A program made the position numbers and the translations under genes. From Eledone cirrhosa (taxonomy: Eukaryota), in assembly GCA_964016885.1 (NCBI GenBank), contig OZ024745.1, forward strand, positions 133,300,001-133,364,000: a DNA stretch of 64,000 nucleotides, in the 5' to 3' direction. Each line of letters opens with the position of its first letter. Position 1 is the stretch's first letter. Positions 43,448 through 57,384 of the stretch are shown here, in pieces. A model generated the notes under the pieces. It saw only the letters and a program-made list of their open reading frames with translations. It was not told the DNA's origin and ran no database searches.

Positions 43448-44650
43448 AGGCAGAATATATGTTAAATCATAAAAACATCAATTGTCTCCATTGCGAGCAT
43501 TATTGCCTCTGTTAGCGAAGTCTTAAGGAACTGAACTGATATTTCACTTTAATTAAATATTATTGTGCAAATCTATATTGTATGATAACCCTGATGGAAC
43601 ACAGTGTTCAATGTTTATTCCTATTCTCGATCAAAAACATATGAGGTCTAAAAACAATTCCTAACGTGCAAATTGAATTGCAATATATGCTATATATTAG
43701 TGTATTAAAAATACACTAATATATATATATATAATACAACTAGAAATCGATTGACATATTTATATATATAAAATAAACATATGAAACAATCACGGCATAA
43801 TTTGTAAAGTATGTAAGCACACACAGCTAGATAGGTAACTAATTAAAGTTTAACGAGAACTTCAAATATAGATACCTTTTAAAAATGATTAATTTATGTA
43901 TATAATATCTGCATTTATATCATTGGCATTATTACCTAGGTTTGTTAAATCAATACGCCAGGCTTCCATTATGATATTGTCTCCAAATATATTTACACTG
44001 ACATCAAGTGGCGTCTTCCTATCATTACAAACTTGACATTTAGATCAACTACCGAATCTTAACATCTACTAAACCTTTGAAAGTACCATAATTATATATT
44101 CACAGTAACTTAACCTTTGAAAGTACAATAATGATATATTCACAGTAAATTATGTGAAATTTAAACTTTATTTAGTTAATTGATTATTTATTAAATATTG
44201 AAATATTTAGCCTTAAGCCATATAAAAAATATATATATGTAGATCGTATATTTCGTCATCTGTGAAAATAATATATATATAAATTATTTCGTCGGCTGAT
44301 ATTACTGAGTATATTTGATTAGCAGGCAAAGTGAAACGACAGATTATAAAAGGTTTGCTAGAAAACTATTGAGACATATTTATTTCCATGACTTTTTCGA
44401 TACGATTAAGCGAAATGTTGTCCAGAATTTATGAAAAAAATAATATGTTGTAGTTTTATTGACGTCATATATTAACTAATTGGACGAAATGCAGAGGGAA
44501 TTACACAAATATACTTTGCTACCTTTAAGCTATTCTATTCGATTATTGAATACTTGGCTGGATTAACAGCTGCATAATTTCCTAAAAACTATGCTTAAAA
44601 GTCTATCCTAAATCGAAATTGTCACACACACACATACGCTCACGCACACG

Positions 44651-44746
<96 letters not shown>

Positions 44747-44813
44747 TGTATAAGCATACTTACATGCATACATACATACAGCAATTTATACATGCAAATA
44801 TACACGCATTCGT

Positions 44814-44868
44814 GCATACATACATACATACATACATACATACATACATACATACATACATACATACA

Positions 44869-44896
<28 letters not shown>
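44814..44896. repeat. (CATA)n microsatellite
   Basis: Direct reading. Confidence 0.95.
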
Positions 44897-44899
<3 letters not shown>

Positions 44900-45675
44900 T
44901 AATTCTAAAGCTTCTAAGATTGAATCTTCCTTAATGGTGGCTGGAAGCAAATACTGATTTGTACAACCTACATCCAACAGAGAGCAAACATAAATCGACA
45001 GTTAGCTAAAATCAATATGTGTATAATCAAATTTGTTACATGATGTTTCGATAGGAGTGTATATCCTGTAGTTGTCGACGAATGAAAAATCCGAAATTAT
45101 CTATAGTAGGTTTGCATTATCATATAAACCTACGGACGTATGTTATTTGACATCAGTAATGACAACAAATTCCCCAAGGCCTAGTAAGAAATCATTTTGG
45201 AAAATGCTATCGCTAGTCATACAGTATAATCAAATTGAAAAGAACTTTTTAGTTAAGTAATATTAGACTGTCTAGTAACAACCTGTGTTTATTCTTAATC
45301 AATCTGCACTTGGAAAGGAGATATTACGTTTCTTCCAGACATTAGCGATACGTCTCTCGCAGTTTTGAATACACCAATAGATATTTATTTTGTGTCACAT
45401 AAATATGTCAGCGCAGATGAATTCATCTGTGATATCATCTACAGAATTATAAGAACCTAGCATTTTCCTCATCTATAAATCTAAATAGTCATGATTTTTC
45501 ATATGACAGATACAATAATTGATGTCGAAAATACGTGATATTAGGAAAGGAAAAATGATGCTTCACTGAATCAACATAGTGAACTACTGTCACTTATTTT
45601 TACCTCTGGTGGTAGATAATGTCAAACACATTTACAATAGTTGAGTCAAGGGAAATAAATCAAGTGGACGAATAA

Positions 45676-45933
45676 TTGTTTCGTCTTTTGGCACAAGGCC
45701 AGCGATTTGAAGGGAAAGGGAAAGTCAAGTAAATCGACTTCAATTCTTTACTGATATTTTATTTTATTTCATCGACCTCAATTCTTTACTGATATTTTAT
45801 TTTATCGACCCTCTAAAGATGAGAAGCAAATCTAACCTTAGTAGTATATGATATCAGAAAATATAGAGCCGTAATTATATATGCGACAACGCATGTTGTC
45901 CGAGGCCCTACCAATATTTCCCGTCTACCGCCC
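45676..45933 (-). mobile_element. degenerate tRNA-derived SINE with internal duplication
   Basis: ggcacaaggccagc head; duplicated atcgac.tcaattctttactgatattttatttta. Confidence 0.7.
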
Positions 45934-46269
45934 TAAGGGGACCAATAATGTGAAGTGAAACCTTGCCTCTTAGCTTTAGATTCACAGAAATAAAAAGATT
46001 CGCAGAAAACAGAAATTTTATAATTTTCTTGAAAATCTGATTATTGTTAACAGGAATGATTTAGCAACGGTCACAATTTGATAGAATTAGGGTTCAAAAC
46101 TGGTGCATACTCTTCTCAACCTGGTGGTCAAACAAAACGGCTACATAGGGGAACACTTTCTAATGACAATGTGACCTTCAAGGTAAACGTCCAGATTACT
46201 CTGGTACGTTTTGGATATTGAAGCAATTCTATGAAACCTAGAGATTTTGAGGGGTACCTCACACAGATG

Positions 46270-46445
46270 TCTAAATTCTCAAGCCAGACTCGTCAGGCCT
46301 GTGCCTATCTAGGTTTCATGACGTGAAGCGACTGAGAGTACAAGACTCCTCCCTGGACAGAACGCCAGTCTATCGAATGCTTAAACCCTCAACTATAACT
46401 GGTACTCATTTTCAGACGAATATACACAACACACAAACCAGCCCA
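46270..46445 (-). mobile_element. second SINE family fragment
   Basis: Reverse-complement similarity to 48030-48150 (gtactcattttcag, gactgagagtacaa). Confidence 0.65.
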
Positions 46446-47160
46446 GCAATCGAAAATCCTTACCACTAGACCAAGGGCCTCCACACAGATGTAATCGAAT
46501 TAAATACGGTACCATATGAGGGTCCCACCTGGTAATAGCAGGAGGGTTTATTAACCGGGATTTGCCTAGAGTGTGACACCTGAGTAGAATATTCCAAGCA
46601 GGGCATTATGATGAGACACTGGACCAAGTGTCTTCCAAAATGTGTTGGTGTCTTTCGAGGCAAGGTTCCAGGTATCTAGGAATTGGTAGAAAGTTTACAA
46701 GCAGCCTGAAAGGTATGATCATGAAACGGTTGTAATGAGGCTGTCAGTTCAATTGATACAATCTAATCACCATGATGGTTACTTCCACCTGAACCACGAT
46801 GAAATGTATCGTTAGCAACCATATAGTTCAAACATTTTTTAATAGAATATATAATAAAAAGAATTGCTGTAGCCACACTTTACTATATATCCATTATCAT
46901 TTCAAATTATATCTATAACTTTATCGCATATTGAATGTATCTATTAAATTACAACTTGTTGGGCTGTTAGAAGTTTATTAGAATATTTATCTTACAACAT
47001 CTAGCGCCATATTAAACGTTCCATGGTTGTTGTTTTTAGCGCATGTTCGGTTTATTACTAACAACATTGAAGTCGTTACCATGAGAATTTTTCCCTATAT
47101 TCAGGAAAAATTAAATGACATTGTTCAACGCATCATTTTCTATTTTTGTTGGTTATATAG

Positions 47161-47380
47161 GGTGGTGGATTGGCAGTATAGATAGAGCGTCGGACACCAT
47201 GCTTTGCAGCTCAGAGTTACGGCCCTTTATAATATGAGTTCAAATCCCGCCGAGGTTAACTTTGCCTTTCATCCTTACGGGGTCGGTAAAATAAAGTACC
47301 AGTAATAAACTGGAATCGATTTAAATGACTTTCCCTTCCCCTTCAAATCGATGGCCTTATGCTTAAAAGTAGAAACGAAT
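47161..47380 (+). mobile_element. tRNA-derived SINE (full length)
   Basis: A/B boxes, family core and 3' tail. Confidence 0.9.
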
Positions 47381-47930
47381 ATTATTACTAATGCGGCAGC
47401 CGATATCAGTAACATTAGAATCCATTACCAATATATTATAATTCAACAACATTTATACGAATAATTTTGCAAATGGTATGGAATATTTATTCAGAAATTC
47501 TGCCTATACGTAATTCTTTATTTTCCTTGATAAAAAAATACCTATTATTTAGTAGATGACGTTACAAGTTGTAAAGGAAGACGGAAAAAAGCATTTTGCG
47601 GAGACTTGATTCAGTCTGATTAAACTACAATTTAAGTATGGGAAATCATCTACCTCAGCACCATAGTAACTTTTTCTAATTTTTAGAAGATTATACGAAT
47701 GTTTAGGGAAGGCGTACTTTGGCTACAACCATCAAACTCAAGTATGTTTAATACAACGAATTTCCTACACCTGCAACAGACTTGTATTCGCTGTCAATGA
47801 GCGCATATCACAATGTTTCGATTTGAAAACTATTCACGTTTCTCTGATACATTTATTCAACGAGATTTTTGCCTAAAACAATCTGTAATGACGCCATAAA
47901 TAATTCAGGTTAATCTAATACAAGATCCTG

Positions 47931-48185
47931 GGGTCGCGTAGCTTAGTGGTAAGGTAGTTGAACTAACGATTGTGGGTTGTGTGTTGTGTTCCTGTGCAAA
48001 ACATTTCATCTCTCGTTGCTGCAGTACACTCAGCTGAAAATGAGTACCGGCGATATATGGAGGTTTAACCCTGCAATAAACTGGCGTCCTATCTAGGGAG
48101 AGTATTGTACTCTCAGTCCCTTCACGACACGGAAGCGAAATCAGCACCGGCCAATGAGCCTTGAGACAGACTTTAGACTAGACTG
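47931..48185 (+). mobile_element. tRNA-derived SINE, second family, with TSD
   Basis: A-box tagcttagtggtaa; core cactcagctgaaaatgagtacc; ctaatacaagat duplicated on both sides. Confidence 0.8.
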
Positions 48186-49335
48186 TAGGCTAATACAAGA
48201 TAATAGTTATTTACTCGGAATATAAACATTTACATGTATACCTAACATACATTTGGCAATAATATGTAGATGCCCTCTAATATATTATGGATAGTCTTTC
48301 AGCAATTCAAGTATTAAACAAATATCTTGCCGCTTAAGATTCATCATAAGATTTTTAAATGTTGTTCAGTCTGGTTATACTAAGGATATGTTTTTCTTGC
48401 ACGTCGACATACGAGCTTTTGTGCCCTTTATACTGGCAACATGCATCATTATTTGATGTACGCAACCCATGTAATGGGGTTTATACTAATGAGATTGTGA
48501 ACATAATATTTCATTGTCAAACTACAATTTACCTGCACATAAGCACGTTTCGGCTAAACAACATATAAGAATATATATAAAGATAAAGACGGCCAAATAT
48601 TATCAAATCATGCATCGACTATGGGCTGACACTCAAGAGGAATACATATTAATTGTAATATCTAATTTTGACATAATTGAAGGAAGGGCTGTATTGGACT
48701 TCATATCCCGAGAGTTGAAGTGCCGACATTCCGCTGAGGTCAGACGTTAGTTTAGAGAAATGATGCAATTAAATATTTCTAAGTACTCTACTACATGTAC
48801 TGCAGCCTTTCCCAGGATTGAACGATTATATGTGAACCCAATAAGATTACTTTATTAATTAATGTCACAAATATAGACATGTTAATAATTATTCATATCA
48901 CTGTCACTCCAACCAGTTACATCTAAGCTGAGAATATCAACAAGGGGGAATTTAATTATAGTTGTTTCATTAATCATTATTGTTTTATCTTGCAATACGA
49001 AACATCTGAGTAATTCGAAATTTATTCAAGAAAAACAATTTTTGTGACACCGAAGAAAAGAATTTTGTAGCATACACCCGACCATGTTTTCTCAAATAAT
49101 ATAACATTTACGTTCTGTTTAAACTGGAAGAAACTTTTGTTTCATCTATATAAAACTAAACGTCTGTGATGGCTTGCTTGCTTGTCTGAAATTTAATACA
49201 GCCAAAAGGGCGCATAATGGGAAAATACTTTGAAAGGAAGTTGACCCTGAAATGGGAATACAAATGGAATAAAACAAGTTTCGAGTAAATTGGGCCACGG
49301 GTTCCCGAGATATAGGGTTTTCTGGGTACCTTTAT

Positions 49336-49520
49336 AAATAAGGAGAGAGAAAGATAGAGGGGATGAAATAGTGGTTGTGAGAGAGTAGATTGAAATAGTG
49401 ACATAGAGAGAGGGAGAGGAGAAAGAGAAGGAGAATGGTGGTGTTATTGTGTATATATATATATGTGTGTAAGCCTATGACAAGTGTATGTAGATCACAG
49501 ACACCCACATATATATATTC
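49336..49520. repeat. interspersed repeat, inverted homolog at about 53165-53360
   Basis: tagatcacagacaccc / gggtgtctgtgatcta and flanking GA-rich similarity. Confidence 0.65.
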
Positions 49521-49532
49521 ACACACACATAC

Positions 49533-49652
<120 letters not shown>

Positions 49653-49684
49653 ACAAATACACACATTTATATATATATATACAT

Positions 49685-49740
<56 letters not shown>

Positions 49741-51530
49741 GTGCTTACACAACAGTTAGTTCACCATACCGAGATCAAGTGTTTCAGCTTCGCGGAATCT
49801 TCAGCTCGTCCCTTGGACGAGTTAGTTAGAAGTGGTTACACAACACTACGGATGTTACCACTACGGATGTTTCCTTCCAGTGTTCCACCACTATATATAT
49901 ATATATAGGCCTTCCAGTTTTATTTCACATTATATACATGTCTGCGTATATTTTAATTGTTAAAAAAGTTGTTAAGTGACTGTGATTTTTAAAAAGTATT
50001 TTGAAGTGAATGTGACCCAAGGGGTAACTGGTGACAGGATGTATATATTGTGCGTTAATAATCATCGCGTTAGCTCTTTCATTGAGTTGCCTGTTGCTTT
50101 TAATAAATAATAACAACTAAAAATTGAAAAAGTCCTAGTACATGCCCAATAAAATACCTTTGTTTTGTCTTTCTGCAACCAGCATATTATACATATAGGA
50201 TTATGTTGACTAACATCATCACAGCTCATTCTTATTATTCGTTCATATGCATTTATCAAAGCAAATAAATATGTCAAATATTCGAAGTATTTAATTAAAT
50301 TTAGGAATATGGAAACTTGAATTTCCATTCAACCCCGAATTTCCGCCAGTCTATTATCTTTCCTTGAAAACTCACCTTTACCCACAAATATTTTGTATCT
50401 AATATAACCATTTATACAAACCTAAGGCAATACAATATTTCTCATGTAACACTTCCCCCATTTTCTAACAGATTTAATTCGTTTTCATGCCATTTATGTT
50501 ATCACGTTGTGAACGGAAGCAATATTTACCCAATCAATTAACTAGACCATACATGTAGACTATGAATCTGTCTATAATTTCTTTCAAAATCACCAAAATT
50601 AGAAACAATATATCATAAAAACCAATGATTTTTGTGATGATACAGTAGTTTTATGATGTCTCAGAACCTCAATATTGGAATTGATAATGAAGTTAATTCC
50701 AACTTTAAATGGTTGACATCAATATAAGGAAGTAATTTACATGAGGAAATCTGCAAGGCAGTGTTATTTATATGAGAAATGATCACATGAATCATGGTTT
50801 GTAGGCTATGCAATTTAGAAGTCGTTGATGCTTATTTAATACGCTTAAGAACAGTTGTGTGACAGGACGTATATATTGTGCGTTAATAATCATCGCGTTA
50901 GCTCTTTCATTGAGTTGTCTGTTGCTTTTAATAAATAATCTAAGCTGACATTTGGTGTAGACATGAAGTATTCAAGAACAATAACATTGGGCAATATGTG
51001 AAATTATTACCTCGTATAAATAAGAGTCATTGTTATATGATAATCCCATGGAAATTACCACATGCCAATGATTCTTATTTATACTTTCTTATTTATGCTC
51101 CGGTAGCAGGATAAGTTTTCGTGCTGAGCAAATATATATTCATTATGAATGAATACAATAAACTAGAAGCTGATATTTGCACAGTCGCTGCTAAAGGTCA
51201 TTTCTGACGTGAAGTGGACATTACAATGCATTTAAGTATATAATGTATGATATTCATATTACAATTTCATATGATGGAATATACGTAAATACACTATACA
51301 CTACATTAAAGAAACAAGACGTTTCACACATGTTCATATATTCAGACACACACTCACCTACACACATACACACAGAAAAAATATGTTAGTATGTATATAA
51401 ACAGTCCAAGATATATTTGTGACATCAAAACCCTGTTCGTTCGGTTTGTTTCATAAAAACACGATTATATCTTCAGCCCGAACATCCGGACTAATTAATG
51501 CGAAAAAAAGTATATATATATATATATATA

Positions 51531-51705
51531 AAACAAAGGAATTGTGGTAAGGAACCAGATGGACCATAACGCACCAGAGTACTCAATACTTAGAGTAGTA
51601 GAGTGGGAAATAGGAATATTTTCCTATTTCCCACTCTACTACTCTAAGTATTGAGTACTCTGGTGCGTTATGGTCCATCTAGTTCCTTACCACAATTCCT
51701 TTGTT
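51531..51705. mobile_element. family A variant: palindrome made of two tails
   Basis: Tail reverse complement 51531-51616, 4-nt loop, tail 51621-51705. Confidence 0.88.
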
Positions 51706-51782
51706 ATTTAGTTCCTATCTCTATAGTAGACCACTTTCCGACTCTACCACGCCATATCCCGACTTTTCCACTTTCCTATTTT

Positions 51783-51821
<39 letters not shown>

Positions 51822-52002
51822 GGAAAATCTGTTGAATAGGAAAAATCTGGTTCGTAGAATCGAAACGTATCCGAGGATCGTGCGATTTCATAGTCAGGTG
51901 GTTTGATCACCACATCGATCGTGCCTCGAGCTGGTCGCCCGAGAAACAATTGTAATATGTCCAATAAATTCCTTTCATCGCAACACTGATTCTCGTTTTT
52001 CT

Positions 52003-52075
<73 letters not shown>

Positions 52076-52189
52076 TAGACAACGCGTGACCCGTTCGGTC
52101 ACGTTCGCTTTAAAATATTTCTTAAAAATCATGTTCACTTAAAATAATTTTTAAATAATTAAAATATAATGCTAGAAAATTTCAAGCCC

Positions 52190-53020
52190 TACAATACCAA
52201 CCTGCAAATACAAATAAAACACGATACAACACAGCTACACTGGACCAGGAGGGATCGAAATCCCGTGTCGAAATAGATACGAGACCTAGGAATAGACATG
52301 CGCGACGATGATGCATCTTTTTCTTCATATATCATGGGGGGTGGCGACAATGTGTAGATGAATCGCTGGCTGGATCTTGAGGACATTCTAGACAAGAGAC
52401 TGGGAGACCATGTTGATAAAATGAAGGACATTTGTCCTAAGCCGCCTGAACTATTGCTCACAGCTGTGGTCACCCCATAGTGTCAAACAGACCACGGAGC
52501 TTGAGGCAATCCAAGCTACACCAAGACGATTTCCACAATGAAAGAGATGAGCTCCTGGGAGACACTAAAAGAACTGAACCTCTGCTCCTTGGAACGAAGA
52601 GGGAGAGAAACGCAGATACATATGGGAAACCCTGGGGGTATTTAGCATTGGGAGCTTTAGAATTGGGAGCTGAACCAAACCCCGGATAGGACGGCACTGT
52701 GTGGTACCAAAGATCCTGTCTTCCACATCTAGAATAATGATAGGATATTGCAATAGCATGGGGTTCAAAGGCCCTCAACTCTTCAACCAGTTGCCAAGGG
52801 ATTTGAGAGATCTGCATGGTGTGGACATGGATGTTTTCAAGAAACATCTCGACACCCTGCTATCCAGGATCCCGGATGACCCCACAGTACGAAGGTAACC
52901 TAAGGGCAGCAGTAATGAACTCCCTCTGGCATCAATGGCCGGCCGACACAGGCTGGGGACAGATTGTGTAGCAACAAGGGCGGTGACACCACATGGCCTC
53001 ATCCGGATGGCTGGACCATG
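52190..53020 (+). mobile_element. CR1-like LINE 3' part, decayed
   Basis: Overlap homology with 33500-33627; VLSRLNYCSQLWSP, NSMGFKGPQLFNQLP, FKKHLDTLLSRIPDDP. Confidence 0.88.
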
Positions 53021-53202
53021 TAAAAGAGTAAAAGAGTATACACAGATATGTATATAATGTGAATGCGAAATGAAACTGGAAGGCCCATATATATACGTGT
53101 GTGTATGCATATAAATCTGTGTGTGTGTTTGTATATATATATATGTCTGTGTGTGTGTGTATATATATATGGGTGTCTGTGATCTATGTACACTGGTCAT
53201 AG

Positions 53203-53233
<31 letters not shown>

Positions 53234-53360
53234 AACTCACACACATATATATACACAACAACACCACTAGCTCTCTATCTTCCATTCTCCTCCTCTGTCT
53301 CCTCTCCCTTTCTCTATGTCTCCCTTTCACTCTCTCTCACAACCACCATCTCTCTCTTTC

Positions 53361-53483
<123 letters not shown>

Positions 53484-53484
53484 C

Positions 53485-53980
53485 TAACCAAATGCAACAT
53501 TGAAGGAATTGATACTTTCCTTATGCAATCCCAGCTTCGTTGGGCTGTCCATGGCATCCTATGAGTGACGACAGAACTCCAAAAGTCCTCACGTATGGTC
53601 AGCTTAGCAACGGTAACAGGGAGGTTGGTAGACCATGGCTACTAAGGATAAGTTGAAATCAAATCTCACTGCTCTTGCAATCCCTTTCCATGATTACGAA
53701 CAAACTGTTGCTGACAGAAAGGACTGGAGAGAAAGGTGCCATAGTGCGTTCAAGACCTTTGAATCCAGTCGCATAGAGAAACTTCATTTTGACTGAACAG
53801 GGACGAAGCAACGGGTCTTGATACCTGCAAGGCTCTCCATAAACTCTTGCTATTGTGACCTATGTGACTTGGTCTGTGGGTCACTGGAGGGATTGAAATG
53901 TCACATGAGATACCGCCATCCAGAGAGCTAAACTTTTGTTGGACACCCATACGTCGGATATAGACGGCAGAGTCCATCAT
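53485..53980 (+). mobile_element. RTE (BovB-like) LINE 3' end with C-terminal C2H2-like finger
   Basis: QLRWAVH, MSDDRTPK..YGQL, GRP, KDKLK, DRKDWR, CDLCDLVC; catcat end. Confidence 0.85.
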
Positions 53981-53998
53981 ATATATATATATATATAT

Positions 53999-54190
53999 AA
54001 CGAAGGAAATGTGGTAAGGAACCAGGTGGACCATAACGCACCAAAGTACTCAATACTTAGGATAGTAGAGTGGGTAATAGGAACAAGTAAGACCCCGACG
54101 GGTGAGCTCAAGCCGTTTCGACGGCTAATTCTGCCAGAATTAGCCGTCGAAACGGCTTGAGCTCAGCCGTTGGGGTCTTACTTGTTCCTA
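53999..54190 (-). mobile_element. hairpin + tail element, family A
   Basis: Reverse orientation of the 8589-8780 type; centre ctgccag. Confidence 0.9.
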
Positions 54191-54250
54191 TATATATATA
54201 TATATAAATGAGGTAAATATCTCACTGAGTACTAAGTACCCGTAGTTCTG

Positions 54251-54325
<75 letters not shown>

Positions 54326-54664
54326 ATGTATGTATGTATATGTATGTATATATATGGTGGCTGCCAACTCGTTTTCGAGTACGGCCACTACTTTATATCC
54401 ATGTAGGAGAACCCCTACCGATGCCCTGAACAAGTGTGACTTTTTAGTCCAGCCAGTGACTTGAAAACTCTGGTACAAACACTACACCTGTGACAATTAT
54501 TGACACATAGTGCTGGGCCCATGGTACCATGTGACGACAAGTGGAGAGAGATCTCCAGATATAAAGCAATGCCTGTGCCGTGAAGCTTTTATAGTGAGCA
54601 AAGGCACTGCACAAAGCCAGTCCCACTCTCTTAACCAAGATGATATTTACATATTATACATACG

Positions 54665-54698
<34 letters not shown>

Positions 54699-54816
54699 AA
54701 ACAACAAAGAGGGTGTGGTAAGAAAGAAGGTGGACCATAACGCACCAGATTACTCAATACTTAGGGTAGTAGAGTGGGTAATAGGAAAAGTGTCAGGACC
54801 CCGACGGCTGAGCTCA
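54699..54816 (-). mobile_element. family A tail and partial arm, truncated at the GAGCTC palindrome
   Basis: Homology to 53999-54110. Confidence 0.8.
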
Positions 54817-55010
54817 TGCAAGTCCATGCAATGTTGTTTGTGGAAAACATTCATACATAGCAGCCATAGCCTTCTCTTCATACCACCGATGTTGTCCAAG
54901 GAAAAGAATAAGGCCGATACAGCTTGGCACCGGTGACGTCGCAACTCATTTCTACAGCTGAGTAAACTGGAGCAACGTGAAATTCAGTGTCTTGTTCAAG
55001 GACCTAACAC
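54817..55010 (-). mobile_element. SINE fragment (second family-like)
   Basis: ctcattt.tacagctgagt..actggagcaacg.ga is the reverse complement of the core at 48010-48045. Confidence 0.6.
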
Positions 55011-55032
55011 ACAAACACACACACACATACAC

Positions 55033-55125
<93 letters not shown>

Positions 55126-55152
55126 TGTGTGTTGGGTTCTTGAACAAGACAC

Positions 55153-55204
<52 letters not shown>

Positions 55205-56139
55205 GTGTGTATAACTTGTATTTGTCTTGACAATGGAAGCCCCAACATTTGTATATTTATATCAAACATCAAAACCCCATTATATTGTATTGAAATTATT
55301 GTAAGTTTGGTTTTTGACGCTGTGAATACAACTATTACAAATAAATGAGAGTAACGACACTTTTCTTCTGATATGGGCGACACTTTTCTGGTTCAATTAC
55401 AATTAATTTCTGCACTAAAACAAACAACCAGTGTAATTGAAAAATGTATGTATAATTGACGTATATAACATATTTACTTCATGAGAAGGAAATATATTTT
55501 CTTTGATTAAAGGAATAATACTTAAATAGTTACATTAGCTTTGTCTAACAAGATTCCTCTTCTTTTATATAATTTTAAATGTCTTCTTTATTAAAGTATC
55601 GATTGAAAATAATTTATTTGTAATAATTGACAATATAATTGAATGTCTATTTATATTTCTATGGCGATTTAAAGATTGTATTATATGAAACTTTCAGCTG
55701 TAAAAGATTCTTGATAATGTTGTTTCCTATTCATATTGGAAACTATTGTGTTCGGAGAATACAACTAAGTGAAGCGCGTACTTTTATTCAAATGCATTTG
55801 GAATTGCACAAAAAGAAATTACTTGTAGCATTTTAAACAATATATTTTGCTACTAGAATGCTGTCCTTCAATTGGCAGTCACTTGGCACGTTGATAAACC
55901 ATCAGTATTACCAATATTTTCAACAAAAGATAAATATCTGAATAGTTTCCCATCATAATGTGAATTGCAGACATGTCGGCTGCTAGATATGTCGCATTTT
56001 TGAAACAAGTAAATGTATATAGATGGTGTTGTAATTCTATAAATACGAAAATATTCATAAATATTTGTAAATAAAATAACTTGTGTAAATGAATTAAATA
56101 ATTATAACATCTTTTTCTGTAAATATACAAATATACACA

Positions 56140-56478
56140 TTGATAATATAGACATGCCAGAGTTGACGGATACAATGAGTGCGGGAAGGTCTGCTTCAGC
56201 AAATATGGATTAATGAGTCCCAAAAGGGGATGCAGATTACGATGATGCAAATGTTCTAATAATCTTCACATGAATGTGGTAAAGACTACCAATGAATAGA
56301 ATGTCTGAGGCAGCACATGTACGTGGCTACCAGCCATCGTTTCCAGTTGCTAAAGTCTATATTTGTAGGACCTGTGCCAGAGAATTTCATCCTGCTGGCC
56401 TAAAAAGAACATATGTATTACACGGACGCGGAAGCGTGTTCAAAATTTCACTGGAGCACGAGTTGTCTGGAATCATGT
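56140..56478 (+). mobile_element. decayed LINE (RTE-like) 3' end with three C2H2-like fingers
   Basis: ECGKVCFSKYGLMS, HECGK, YICRTCAREF..AGLKR; frames broken. Confidence 0.55.
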
Positions 56479-56593
<115 letters not shown>

Positions 56594-56979
56594 GTTAGTG
56601 TAGTGATCCGTTTTTTAGGAGAAGACAAATAGATCATCAGTTAAAGATATCAGCAACAAAGGACTAATTATGATGAACGAATTAACCCCTAGATGTCACA
56701 TATTCAACCTCGACAAGAGTGACTTTCATTGTAAACCCTCCATTAGACTAATCTCCCCACCGAAATCCGAATTAGGCCATTTCAGCAGAAATATTTTAGA
56801 TAGGATCATAGGTTGAATAAGAGATAGATTAGTGATTAAGTTATGGGAAAATACGGGATAGGTCATACATTGGTTCAGTAAAATAGAGAAGAGGGAGATA
56901 TATAAGTTCATACAATTCGATATAAATGAATATTACTTATCTATAACTCTGCTCGTCTATAAACCCTGTTCTCTTTAAA

Positions 56980-57367
56980 TAATTGTTTCTTCTTTAGGCA
57001 AAAGGCCAGCAATTACACAGTACATTACTGGTACTTTATTTTATCGACCCCGTAAGGATGAAAGGCAAAGTTGACCTCGGCGGGGTTTGAACTCATAATG
57101 GAAAGGGCCGTAACTCTATGCGTCAAAGCATAGTGTCCGACTCTATACCGATACTGCCAATCCACCGCTGTTTTCTTTAAATAATTGTTTCTACTTTTGG
57201 CACAAGGCCAGCAATTACACAGTGCATTACTGGTACTTTATTTTATCGACCCGTAAGGATGAAAGGCAAAGTTAACCTCGGCGGGATTTGAACTCAGTCC
57301 GTAAAGGGACGTAACTATGCTGCAAAGCATAGCGTCCGACCCTCTACCGATACTGCCAATCCACCGC
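56980..57367 (-). mobile_element. two tandem tRNA-derived SINE copies
   Basis: Copies 56980-57167 and 57181-57367. Confidence 0.9.
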
Positions 57368-57384
57368 TGTTTTCTTTAAATAAT

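Noticed and set aside
47161-47260. tRNA gene
   Set aside because: A/B boxes only; no cloverleaf, and it continues into a multi-copy SINE body.
56140-56478. Host C2H2 zinc-finger gene
   Set aside because: Frames are broken, there are no TGEKP linkers, and it ends like a LINE 3' terminus.
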